A stretch of 64,000 nucleotides of DNA from positions 1 through 64,000 of the IMG/VR virus record IMGVR_UViG_3300025810_000004; one strand, given 5' to 3'. The position numbers were made by a program, and so were the translations under genes. Below, piece after piece: positions 39,673 through 48,002 of this stretch. The stretch comes from a virus. Position 1 is the first letter of the stretch, and each line of letters starts with the position of its first letter. The notes below the pieces were generated by a model, which searched no databases, had not been told where the DNA came from, and worked only from the letters and a program-made list of their open reading frames with translations.

Positions 39673-39790
39673 GACGCCCACACCATTTCAGGGTGGTTGG
39701 GGGTCCAGATAGCCAGGTGAAGTCCCACGAGCCCAAGGTGGAGCTTCTCGCCCCCGTCCTCTTCGTCCACTGCTATGACGAAGAATTCAC
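39653..39790 (-). pseudogene. Inverted internal fragment of the cytochrome-c-type lipoprotein gene
   Basis: Minus strand reads LGLVGLHLAIWTPNHPEMVWASWEHKRNA, the conserved core of this family. Confidence 0.65.
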
Positions 39791-40313
39791 TGGCAGCGGA
39801 CCGCCTTCCGAGGCTTGTTCTTCGTTTTCGTTCAACACCCCGGATTCGCTGCCGTCTGGGGCCGTTCCGGCCAAGGGAGAGCCAAACAACGTGTGTCGAG
39901 AGTATGCGCACGGCAACCAGCCGGGTGAGTCCATCAACGGGAACGACAACGCGGCAAACTTGGCAGCTATAGAGGAACTCAACAACGGGCTGGTGGGAGC
40001 AACGGGTCTCCTGACCATGCTCCCCGGCGAGAACCCTATGTCCGTGTGGGCAAACTACGAGATGGTGGGTGCCATCTGGACAAAGGACGGTGCCGCATCC
40101 GGAACGGCTCCGGTACCAAACACCCAGGGACCACCAAACGCAGACAGCCCACAGCGCGGGTCACTTGAACTGGCAAATATGTCCCTGGAGACGTTCCAGC
40201 AGGGCGACACGAGCGCGATCCCCAACTGCTTCGGGTGTCACGTTTACGACTCCTCGAAGCCGTTGGACGTGTCGCACATTCAGTCCCATCTTCTGGTGGA
40301 TGGGATTGACTGA
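39791..40313 (+). pseudogene. 3' fragment of the cytochrome-c-type lipoprotein gene
   Basis: VWANYEMVGAIW, LAN.SLETF.Q and heme motif CFGCH. Confidence 0.7.
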
Positions 40314-40459
40314 AGCTCAACAGCGTGGTAAAAATACCGCAGGAAGCTATACGCTCTCAGGTTTGTAGGGTGGCGGGTCCCAAGCCCATATGCCAGCAAA
40401 GCCCCTATGAGTGCTGAGATCAGAGAAATCTGAACGGCAAGGAACACCGTCGCTTCCAA

Positions 40460-40490
40460 CCACACAGGGTGCTGGTAACACCCTGTGTGG
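40460..40490. repeat. Perfect 12-bp inverted repeat (hairpin)
   Basis: ccacacagggtg-N7-caccctgtgtgg. Confidence 0.7.
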
Positions 40491-40989
40491 GAAGAAACCC
40501 AATCGAAGAAGGCAGGAACTTATAAGGATTGACCTAAATCTCCAAAAGAGACATGGTCCTTGGGAATAATCGTCACAGATGATCGATTCCCTTCAAACTA
40601 CGGGAATCCCCGACCCTCCAATTCCACACTTGGGAAAAGTAGAATTGGATCTTGAAAAAGAAAAGGGAAGGGGGAAACAGTTTAGTTTGAACCGAGCAAA
40701 AAAAACAAACACAACCACCCAGCTGAGCACGACGAACACTCTCACCTCCACTCCCACGGACACAGACACTCCCATCACTCCCACCCCCACTCCTACGAAC
40801 ACCAACACGTTTACCTTGAACGCCGACACCAAGTAAACAATAAAAGTTCAGAAACCCAAAGACAGTAGAAAAATGGTCGAGAATTTGCTTCTTCCCTTGT
40901 TTGGGAGGGGAAGATTGGACACGTGTATACGCGTTGGGTGTTGAATAAGTCACTCTTTGTGCAGATAGAAACAAAGAGGGTTGCTTTCA

Positions 40990-41436
40990 ATGTCCAGATT
41001 CGACTATAGAGGTGGGGAAGCTCCCATACTGACTGCAGAACAGCTTGTCAGTCAACTCACTGTTCCTGTTTCTCTTCTGATTGCTGGGAAGGCAAACGTC
41101 TTCTTTCCCACCACGAATAGAAGCAAACCCTCTGTGTCTGTTGTCGTCAGATACGGTGGTGTGGAAGTTGTGAAGGTTCACTGGACTCAGTGGGGATCTG
41201 TTGTCGTCCCCGTGGTTGAAGACGATAGGTTGTCACACTGGCGTGGATTGCTTGTTCCGGGTGTTCCGGGTGTTCCGGGTGACTTTGAAACTCAAACTTC
41301 GAAGTTGAGGTCAGGGAAACTGTACAGTTGTGACTGGACCGAGTTGGTGAGACAGAATCCGTCCAGCAGATACAGTCAGTATCTGACACAGATCAGCGGT
41401 ATTATCCTGCAGAAAGCTCAATCTGCGGGATTCTGA
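40990..41436 (+). CDS. Hypothetical protein
   Basis: First gene of the replication run; contains (gttccgggt)x3 encoding VPGVPGVPG. Confidence 0.55.
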   Translation: MSRFDYRGGEAPILTAEQLVSQLTVPVSLLIAGKANVFFPTTNRSKPSVSVVVRYGGVEVVKVHWTQWGSVVVPVVEDDRLSHWRGLLVPGVPGVPGDFETQTSKLRSGKLYSCDWTELVRQNPSSRYSQYLTQISGIILQKAQSAGF

Positions 41437-41609
41437 TGAAGAACAACAAAGCCCTTGTGGGCAAAGAAGTGTGGGTCACCTGCAGGGCTGCTAGACCCTG
41501 TGAGGGTAATTCCGCAACCATACTGTTTGTAAAGAACATGAGTGGTGGTGGCAGGATTGTCAGGTACCAGTGCAAGAAGTGTAAACGGAAGTTCAACGTG
41601 AGAGTGTGA
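41436..41609 (+). CDS. Small Zn-ribbon protein (57 aa), absent from the ORF track
   Basis: MKNNKALVGKEVWVTCRAARPC...YQCKKCKRKF; overlaps both neighbours. Confidence 0.65.
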   Translation: MKNNKALVGKEVWVTCRAARPCEGNSATILFVKNMSGGGRIVRYQCKKCKRKFNVRV

Positions 41610-42289
41610 AGCTCGTGTCCAGTGGTACCCCCTTTCTGTTTTATGGTCCAGGTGCTTTTGAAGCAGCTGTTGATCTGGCCGCTTCTCAGGGTGACCCACT
41701 TGAACCCGTTGGTCGAGAAGGACTGAAGGTACAGGACTCAAGGGATCTGGTTCAGATTGCCCTTGAAGGCGTGATTGGTGACAGACCACCCTCCGTGGTG
41801 GTTGGTCCCATGGATGAAGCCTCACCCGCAGCTGCAGACGCTCTGTTGAAGACGCTTGAAGAGGTGAGCGGGGTCAGGAGCCTGTGCATCGTGTTGTGGT
41901 GCAGGGGTCTGCACTCCGTCATCCCCACCATCATTTCGAGGTGCAACACGGTCTGGTCCCCCGGACAGCACACCGTGGATGACGCCGAGGAGTCCCTGCA
42001 CGTTGACGCCTTGGGATTCTTGGAATTTTACGCCGAGGGAAAGAACGCAGAGGCCATAGGTCTGCTGCTGACCCATTCCAAGGTATGGCCCAGGTTTCTG
42101 GACATCCTGGTGGGGGCCATGGCACAGGAAATCTCCAACCTCAGCGCAGACCCGACCGACGAAGCCAAGGAAAAAGCCTTGAAGGTACTTTCCTTGTGGG
42201 AACGGGCCAGACCCCTACTCTCACCCTCCGCTGCGAGGAGTGGTGTCTCTTTGGCCGTCTCTCAGCTTTTCGGACACACACTTCTATGA
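41606..42289 (+). CDS. holB: DNA polymerase III delta-prime-like clamp loader subunit
   Basis: MD.A...AADALLKTLEE and PTIISRC (SRC motif); degenerate P-loop. Confidence 0.75.
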   Translation: MKLVSSGTPFLFYGPGAFEAAVDLAASQGDPLEPVGREGLKVQDSRDLVQIALEGVIGDRPPSVVVGPMDEASPAAADALLKTLEEVSGVRSLCIVLWCRGLHSVIPTIISRCNTVWSPGQHTVDDAEESLHVDALGFLEFYAEGKNAEAIGLLLTHSKVWPRFLDILVGAMAQEISNLSADPTDEAKEKALKVLSLWERARPLLSPSAARSGVSLAVSQLFGHTLL

Positions 42290-43281
42290 GCACCACCGTA
42301 GACTGGGAAGACCCACCCCCGTTCATAGTCGTGGGTGGGAGCGAGTGGCTTCGGATAAACAGGTTCAAGAACGACCTCGCTGAGTCGGCAAAGTCTGCCG
42401 GGATGTCCGTTGCTGCAGTCGACTCCGCATCCGACGTCGAGTCCTTGGTCTCCCCCAATCCTCTTTTCCAGACGGTCACCGACCAGAGGTATCTTGTCAT
42501 TTTCAGGGGGTGGAGGGCCGAGTCACAGCTCCCTGCAAACTTCAGTTTCCGGGGCAAGCACTGCATCCTGTACGTTTTGGAAGGCCGGATAAACAAGACT
42601 TCTTGCCCTGTACTCCCCCAGGTCGACTCCTCCCTGGTGGTGAAATTCAACAAGTTCTCCGGCTCCTACACCAAGAGCGTGGCCCACGCTGTGGAGTTCT
42701 TGGAGTCTGAGTTCTCCCGCCACGGGGTTCCGGACGTTAACTCCCAGCTTCTCACCTCAATGGCCAAGACCGCTGGCACCGATTTGGGGGTTCTCTCCTT
42801 CGAGGTTCAGAAGGCGGTCATGGCTTCCAACGGAGGGGAGATAACCGTCGGTGTGCTGAGGGACACCATAAAGCCGACCAACCACTTCGACTTCACCCCA
42901 CTCAGGACCTCTCTCTCCCAACTCAACCCCACCCAATTCCTGAAGTTCATGGACCGCGCCTATTCCCGGTCCGTGTCTGACCCCACCATGATCTTCCTCC
43001 GGGGAAGAGGGGGTGTGGGGGACCTCGCTATGGCTTGGCTCCAGACCAGCCTCCTGCTGAAGCAGGACGCCTCCCTCAAATACGTGGCGGAAGTCATAGG
43101 CGCTCCCGAATGGGCCGTGAAGCGGGATCACATACCCTCTGCTCGTAGGTGGGGTACAGTTAGACTGCTTAGGCTTGTTCGTGGGGTCGCCAGAGCAGAC
43201 AGCTCGTTTGTGTCCGGTTGCCCAAACCCGAGAATCGCTCTTGAGTCAGAAGTCGTTTCTGCCATGAAGGACCCTCGGTAG
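42286..43281 (+). CDS. holA: DNA polymerase III delta-like clamp loader subunit
   Basis: G.DL..L..E..K motif; C-terminal collar P.W......L......AD...G...P...LE. Confidence 0.65.
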   Translation: MSTTVDWEDPPPFIVVGGSEWLRINRFKNDLAESAKSAGMSVAAVDSASDVESLVSPNPLFQTVTDQRYLVIFRGWRAESQLPANFSFRGKHCILYVLEGRINKTSCPVLPQVDSSLVVKFNKFSGSYTKSVAHAVEFLESEFSRHGVPDVNSQLLTSMAKTAGTDLGVLSFEVQKAVMASNGGEITVGVLRDTIKPTNHFDFTPLRTSLSQLNPTQFLKFMDRAYSRSVSDPTMIFLRGRGGVGDLAMAWLQTSLLLKQDASLKYVAEVIGAPEWAVKRDHIPSARRWGTVRLLRLVRGVARADSSFVSGCPNPRIALESEVVSAMKDPR

Positions 43282-43334
43282 TTTATTGATGCGGCTGAGT
43301 TAAAAGAGCGGTTTCTTAGAAAAAAACAAATCGA

Positions 43335-45332
43335 ATGAGGGGTGTAGCGGTGGCTGATTCTGCTAATGGTCTTTCTGTCTTTCCCAATGAGTTGTCTCAG
43401 TTCGTAATCACCCGGTCTTACTCCAGGTGGAACCCCGATTTGGGCCGGAGGGAGACTTATCCGGAGACGGTAGAAAGATACTGCAGTTTCATTTCCAAGC
43501 ACCGTGACATACCAGCCGAAATACTGGAAGAGATACGGTCTGGAATCCGGACCATGAACACACTCCCCTCCATGCGAGCGTTGTGGTCTGCGGGTACAGC
43601 GGCAGAGACCGACAACACCATGATCTACAACTGCTCTTTCCTCCCGCTCGACAATCTCAGAGCATTCTCCGAGATGCTCTACATCCTGATGATGGGGACT
43701 GGTGTGGGGTACTCCGTCGAAAGAACGTTCGTGGACAACCTTCCTAAGGTTTATCCCTCCAACGGACACACCCACCACATCACGGTGGAGGACAGCACGG
43801 CAGGATGGGCGGATTCCCTGTTTGAGGGATTGACCTACATGTGGAAGGGAAGCAAGGTCACATTCGACTATTCTCTCGTCCGTCCGGAAGGCTCAAGGTG
43901 CAAGACCAAGGGTGGCAGAGCTTCCGGACCCAAGCCGCTGAAGGACCTCCACGATTTCTGTCAGAACCTTCTGGACAACGCGAGGGGTCGCAAGCTCAGG
44001 TCCATAGAGGTCAGTGACATAGCTTGCATGATCGGGGAAATAGTCAAGGCAGGGGGAGTCCGGGGTGCTGCCCTTATTTGCTTCTCCGACCCTGACGACG
44101 AGGAAATGCGTCACGCCAAGGACTGGAGCCGGGGCGACTTTCCGAGTTACAGATACGTGGCGAACTTCAGCGGATTCTGGTCTGAGCGTCCAGACCGGAA
44201 GACCTTCGACAAGGAGTGGACTGCTCTCAGGAACTCCGGGTCTGGTGAGCGCGGCTTCTACATGTTCCCCCACCACAAGCGTTCTGAGCGCCGGGGTGAC
44301 TGCCGCTCCAACCCGTGTGGGGAAATCCTGCTCCGTTTCAAGAGGGCCGAGTGCCCCTGGACCGGAAGAGGCGGCGGGGGTCAGTTTTGCAACCTCTCTG
44401 CAGCTGTCATGCGTTCTTGGGACACCAAGGAGACTTTCGCCGCCAAGATCCGGGTCGCCACCTGGATCGGTGCCATACAGTCCAGCTTCACCGAGTTCCC
44501 GTATCTTCGCCCTGCCTGGAAGCAGCACTGTGAAGAGGACAGGCTTCTCGGTGTGGATATAACGGGCCACTGTGACAACCCCGCCCTTTCTGGTGACAAC
44601 GAGGCCATGGCCTACTTCAACACGGTCGCCAGGGATACTGCGTACGTCGCTGCGAAGCATCTGGACATAAACGTCCCAGCCATGATCACCTGTGGGAAGC
44701 CCAGCGGTAACTCCTCTCAGGCAGTGGACTGCGCAAGCGGTTTCCATACCCGTTGGAGCAAGTTCTACATCCGCAGAGTTCGCATCAACAACAGGGACCC
44801 CCTTTTCAGTCTTATCAAGGATGCCGGGGTCCCGGTCTTCAAGGACAACTCGTACAAGAACCTCCCCGACGAGGAGTGCCCTAGGTGGGTTGCGGAGTTC
44901 CCGGTCAAATCGCCTGAAGGCTGCATGACCAGAGACGACGAGACTGCCATCGAGCAGCTCAACCGCTACCTCAACATCATGGAGACTTGGCTTTCGGTCA
45001 AGGGACACAACCAGTCTGCCACCGTCTACGTTCGGGACCACGAGTGGGATGGAGTCGGTGACTGGCTTTACGAGAACTTCAACAAGGTCACCGGACTCTC
45101 CTTCCTCCCCTACGACGGCGGGAAGTACGAACTGGGACCCTACGAGACCATAACCGAAGAAGAGTACAACCGCCTCAGCGAGAGCTTCCCCCACATCGAC
45201 TATTCCCTCCTTCCCTCCTACGAGGTTGAGGACATGGGTACGGGTGCACAGGAGCTTGCTTGCATGGGCGGTTCTTGTGAATTGGGTGATTGGCTCGACG
45301 CCAAGAGCGAAGAAGTCTCCGCTTCTTTGTAG
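43335..45332 (+). CDS. nrdJ: Class II (B12-dependent) ribonucleotide reductase
   Basis: YNC, NPCGEI, CNL, KPSG and C-terminal ACMGGSCE; RTPR-type size; no small subunit gene nearby. Confidence 0.9.
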   Translation: MRGVAVADSANGLSVFPNELSQFVITRSYSRWNPDLGRRETYPETVERYCSFISKHRDIPAEILEEIRSGIRTMNTLPSMRALWSAGTAAETDNTMIYNCSFLPLDNLRAFSEMLYILMMGTGVGYSVERTFVDNLPKVYPSNGHTHHITVEDSTAGWADSLFEGLTYMWKGSKVTFDYSLVRPEGSRCKTKGGRASGPKPLKDLHDFCQNLLDNARGRKLRSIEVSDIACMIGEIVKAGGVRGAALICFSDPDDEEMRHAKDWSRGDFPSYRYVANFSGFWSERPDRKTFDKEWTALRNSGSGERGFYMFPHHKRSERRGDCRSNPCGEILLRFKRAECPWTGRGGGGQFCNLSAAVMRSWDTKETFAAKIRVATWIGAIQSSFTEFPYLRPAWKQHCEEDRLLGVDITGHCDNPALSGDNEAMAYFNTVARDTAYVAAKHLDINVPAMITCGKPSGNSSQAVDCASGFHTRWSKFYIRRVRINNRDPLFSLIKDAGVPVFKDNSYKNLPDEECPRWVAEFPVKSPEGCMTRDDETAIEQLNRYLNIMETWLSVKGHNQSATVYVRDHEWDGVGDWLYENFNKVTGLSFLPYDGGKYELGPYETITEEEYNRLSESFPHIDYSLLPSYEVEDMGTGAQELACMGGSCELGDWLDAKSEEVSASL

Positions 45333-45364
45333 GGCGGGTACTATTCCACGCAGGAGGAAATAAA

Positions 45365-45748
45365 GTGCCCACCTATGCCTACCACTGTGTGCAGTGCGCT
45401 CTCGACTTCGAGAAGATATTGCCTATATCTCGATACGACGAGCCACAAAATTGCCCCAACTGCGACGAGGGTCCCTGCAAGAAGATGGTGACCCTCCCCA
45501 ACTTCATACTGAAGGGCAACGGGTGGTCAGGCAAGAACCTGAGGATCAAGCGCCAGATGGCAGAGAAGAACAGGCGTCTTACCATCAAGGAACAGGAACG
45601 GAAGAACGACGGTTCTGGTGGGGTCCGGCTCGCCCCCAACGTCGATGGTGAGCAGGTGGACTCTTGGTCTGAGGCGAGCAAGCTCGCAAATTCGAAGGGC
45701 AAAGACACCAGCGGATACGACAGACTCGCGGCGAAAGAGAAGAAGTAA
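45365..45748 (+). CDS. FmdB-family Zn-ribbon protein
   Basis: PTY.Y.C..C...FE.....CP.C and F.LKG.GW; AGGAGG RBS. Confidence 0.85.
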   Translation: MPTYAYHCVQCALDFEKILPISRYDEPQNCPNCDEGPCKKMVTLPNFILKGNGWSGKNLRIKRQMAEKNRRLTIKEQERKNDGSGGVRLAPNVDGEQVDSWSEASKLANSKGKDTSGYDRLAAKEKK

Positions 45749-45796
45749 CGTCGGTTCGTTGGGGGATTTATCGGGGTTCTAAGGGAGGAGATAACA

Positions 45797-46480
45797 ATGC
45801 CTTCCACACCGAATCTCATAGAAAGGCACAGAGGCATCATAGAGCTTTCTGTTCCTTCCAAGTCCAACGTCTCCTCCTACGTTGTGGGAGCTGCTACGAG
45901 TTTGACCACTGCCTTTGCTGGCACCACCCAGCTTTTCACTGTGTCGAGGGGCGGATACTTCCGTTCCATGACCCTCAAGCGCAACAAGGTCAATCGGACT
46001 GACGAATCCGTGAGGGGCCTCACCAGAGCCTCCTTCAATTTGGATGACTTCGCATCTGCGACTGTTCCGGGTGACGGGGCCATTTCCTTCCTGAGGGTCA
46101 CCGAAGTGGACTCCACCGGGGCTTCTGGTCCAGAGGGGCCCATACTGGTGGTCCCACCCCCCGACTTCTACTCCTCTTCCAGGAAGGTCGTGTACCTCTC
46201 CGGTACCGCGCCAAACGTCGCCTCCACCACGAGCGGAGTTCCTCCTCAGGGGGCCATGGAGATCAAGTTCTCCAAGTTCGGGGACCGACTGGAGATAGTC
46301 AATTCCGGTGGTGCGGCTCTCTTTGTTGGCACTTCACCTGGTATGCCGGAGTTTTCTGTGGGTGCCGGAACCTCTCGCACCCTTGTTGAAGCTGGGGCTT
46401 CGCATCTGTTCCTTCACGGCGACGGGGCCACTCCGACCTTCGAGCTGTACCTTTCGGCCATAGACGGGATATCCCACTAA
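45797..46480 (+). CDS. Probable virion structural protein
   Basis: S/T/G-rich; motif A at 45757-45773. Confidence 0.5.
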   Translation: MPSTPNLIERHRGIIELSVPSKSNVSSYVVGAATSLTTAFAGTTQLFTVSRGGYFRSMTLKRNKVNRTDESVRGLTRASFNLDDFASATVPGDGAISFLRVTEVDSTGASGPEGPILVVPPPDFYSSSRKVVYLSGTAPNVASTTSGVPPQGAMEIKFSKFGDRLEIVNSGGAALFVGTSPGMPEFSVGAGTSRTLVEAGASHLFLHGDGATPTFELYLSAIDGISH

Positions 46481-46540
46481 CTCGTTAGGTCTTTGATTAA
46501 CTTCCTAAAGTAGTGATCCCTTTCACTGGAGAAACTCACC

Positions 46541-47209
46541 ATGGCACACACCGCATACGTTTGCAGAATCCGAACCGACATCCCCGCTGGAGCCCTCCAG
46601 TGGACTGACGTTCGTCCCAACACCTCCCAGCGCAGCCTCGTTTACGATTCTGCTGGTCAGTCTGGTTACCTCGGCAGCCGAGCAACCAACAGCACTCTGG
46701 CTGCTCTCGTCGCAAATGCTACCGTGGCTGAATACACGGGAGTGGCTGCTTACCTGATCGACCACGTCATTGACGAAGTTTCGGGTGTCACCATCACCGT
46801 TACTGTTGCTAACGCTGCAGCCCTGGCCTTCATCGCCCAGATGGATTCTGGCCTCAGCATCGACATCAACGCTGCCATGGTCACCAGTGGTGGTGCTGGC
46901 GCTGGTACCACCCTCACCAACGCTGCTGGTTCCAACGGCTCCCTCAAGGAGCTTCTCAAGATCCTCTCGGGCGCTGAGTACACCCTCCCCTCCGGTTCCA
47001 CCGTTGGCGGCCTCGGTGCTGGTGCCGCCCTCGGGTCGTTCACCAACGACAGCGAGTACCGCCAGATGTACAGCTCCGGCTCCCTGCAGATGTCCTGCGG
47101 TGAGGGTCAGCTCGCCAGTTTCGCCCTGAGCACCTTCGAGTACGACGGAACCGCCAACCCCGCTCTGGTTGTCTACGACTACCAGGGTACGGCTCTCACC
47201 TCCCAGTGA
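46541..47209 (+). CDS. Probable abundant virion structural protein
   Basis: A/G/T/S-rich with strongly C/T-ending codons; motif A at 46483-46499; followed by a hairpin. Confidence 0.55.
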   Translation: MAHTAYVCRIRTDIPAGALQWTDVRPNTSQRSLVYDSAGQSGYLGSRATNSTLAALVANATVAEYTGVAAYLIDHVIDEVSGVTITVTVANAAALAFIAQMDSGLSIDINAAMVTSGGAGAGTTLTNAAGSNGSLKELLKILSGAEYTLPSGSTVGGLGAGAALGSFTNDSEYRQMYSSGSLQMSCGEGQLASFALSTFEYDGTANPALVVYDYQGTALTSQ

Positions 47210-47228
47210 AATAGTCTAAGGGATCATT

Positions 47229-47274
47229 TCGGCCCCCGTCCTTCCTGGGTGACCTGGAAGGGTGCGGGGGCCGA
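47229..47274 (+). terminator. GC-rich hairpin after 46541..47209
   Basis: tcggcccccg...ccttcc / ggaagg...cgggggccga stem; weak U-tract. Confidence 0.55.
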
Positions 47275-47298
47275 TCTGTATCCGGGTATAATGGGCAC

Positions 47299-47535
47299 AT
47301 GCCCTTTAGAACTTCGGATACCTACTTCGCCGCCTATCTTCTATCCGCCAAGGTTCCCATGGTCGGTATAGAGGATTCGGGAAGCGTGTTCACATTTGTA
47401 TTTGAAGAACAAGACTCAAGAGTAGTCAGGGAGCTGAAGACCGCTTACTTCTCGGGATACGCAAAGGTTTCGGCACTGGACTATTCCCAGAACCTGAAGT
47501 TCCTTAAATCCGGGATGAAGAGAAGGGAAAGGTGA
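47299..47535 (+). CDS. DUF5659-like small protein, probably leaderless
   Basis: T.D..FAAYL...F.F.F...Y pattern; TATAAT ends 6 nt before the ATG and no RBS is visible. Confidence 0.55.
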   Translation: MPFRTSDTYFAAYLLSAKVPMVGIEDSGSVFTFVFEEQDSRVVRELKTAYFSGYAKVSALDYSQNLKFLKSGMKRRER

Positions 47536-48002
47536 AGCCGATTCTCGTGATTGTTGGCCTGTTCTGGAAAGACAAAGAGGGTCAACCCATGGTCCAGACC
47601 GAAGAAGGACACGTTGACCTTCTGAAGGAAATCAGCGCGTTCGAAGACTCTGTGGTCGACCTCAGTGTACACCACTATCCTCCAGGCCCCCCAGACCCAA
47701 CCGCAGTTGGCGGTGGCTGTTGCAAATGGGGGGAGGGCTGTCCTTTTGGACACGCAGAGGACCCTGAGTACATGTTCAGCTTCCAGTCCGAAGGAAACCT
47801 CTCGTTGGACGAGGAGGGTGTGAACGTGGGTGATTTGGCTGTACCTTTCCAGTTCATGGAAGGCCACCACGGCAGACTTGTCATTTTGAGAGAGCTTGAA
47901 ATTCCGAGTGGTGTCCCGGAAGACCTTGGGTCTATTGGTGACCTTGAGGCCGAGGCTCAACAACTCGAAGCCCTGCTTTCTGGGCTTAGGGAGATTCTAT
48001 GA
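47532..48002 (+). CDS. Hypothetical protein
   Basis: Overlaps both neighbours; GGCC.W...CP.GH cluster. Confidence 0.6.
   Translation: MKPILVIVGLFWKDKEGQPMVQTEEGHVDLLKEISAFEDSVVDLSVHHYPPGPPDPTAVGGGCCKWGEGCPFGHAEDPEYMFSFQSEGNLSLDEEGVNVGDLAVPFQFMEGHHGRLVILRELEIPSGVPEDLGSIGDLEAEAQQLEALLSGLREIL

Noticed and set aside
40280-40465. 61-aa hydrophobic minus-strand ORF
   Set aside because: Could be a small membrane protein, but the start lies inside a hairpin, no RBS is visible, and it overlaps the cytochrome fragment; insufficient support.
40579-40836. 85-aa Thr/Pro-rich ORF and its antisense Val-rich ORFs
   Set aside because: Low-complexity product of the C/A-skewed tract; treated as non-coding.
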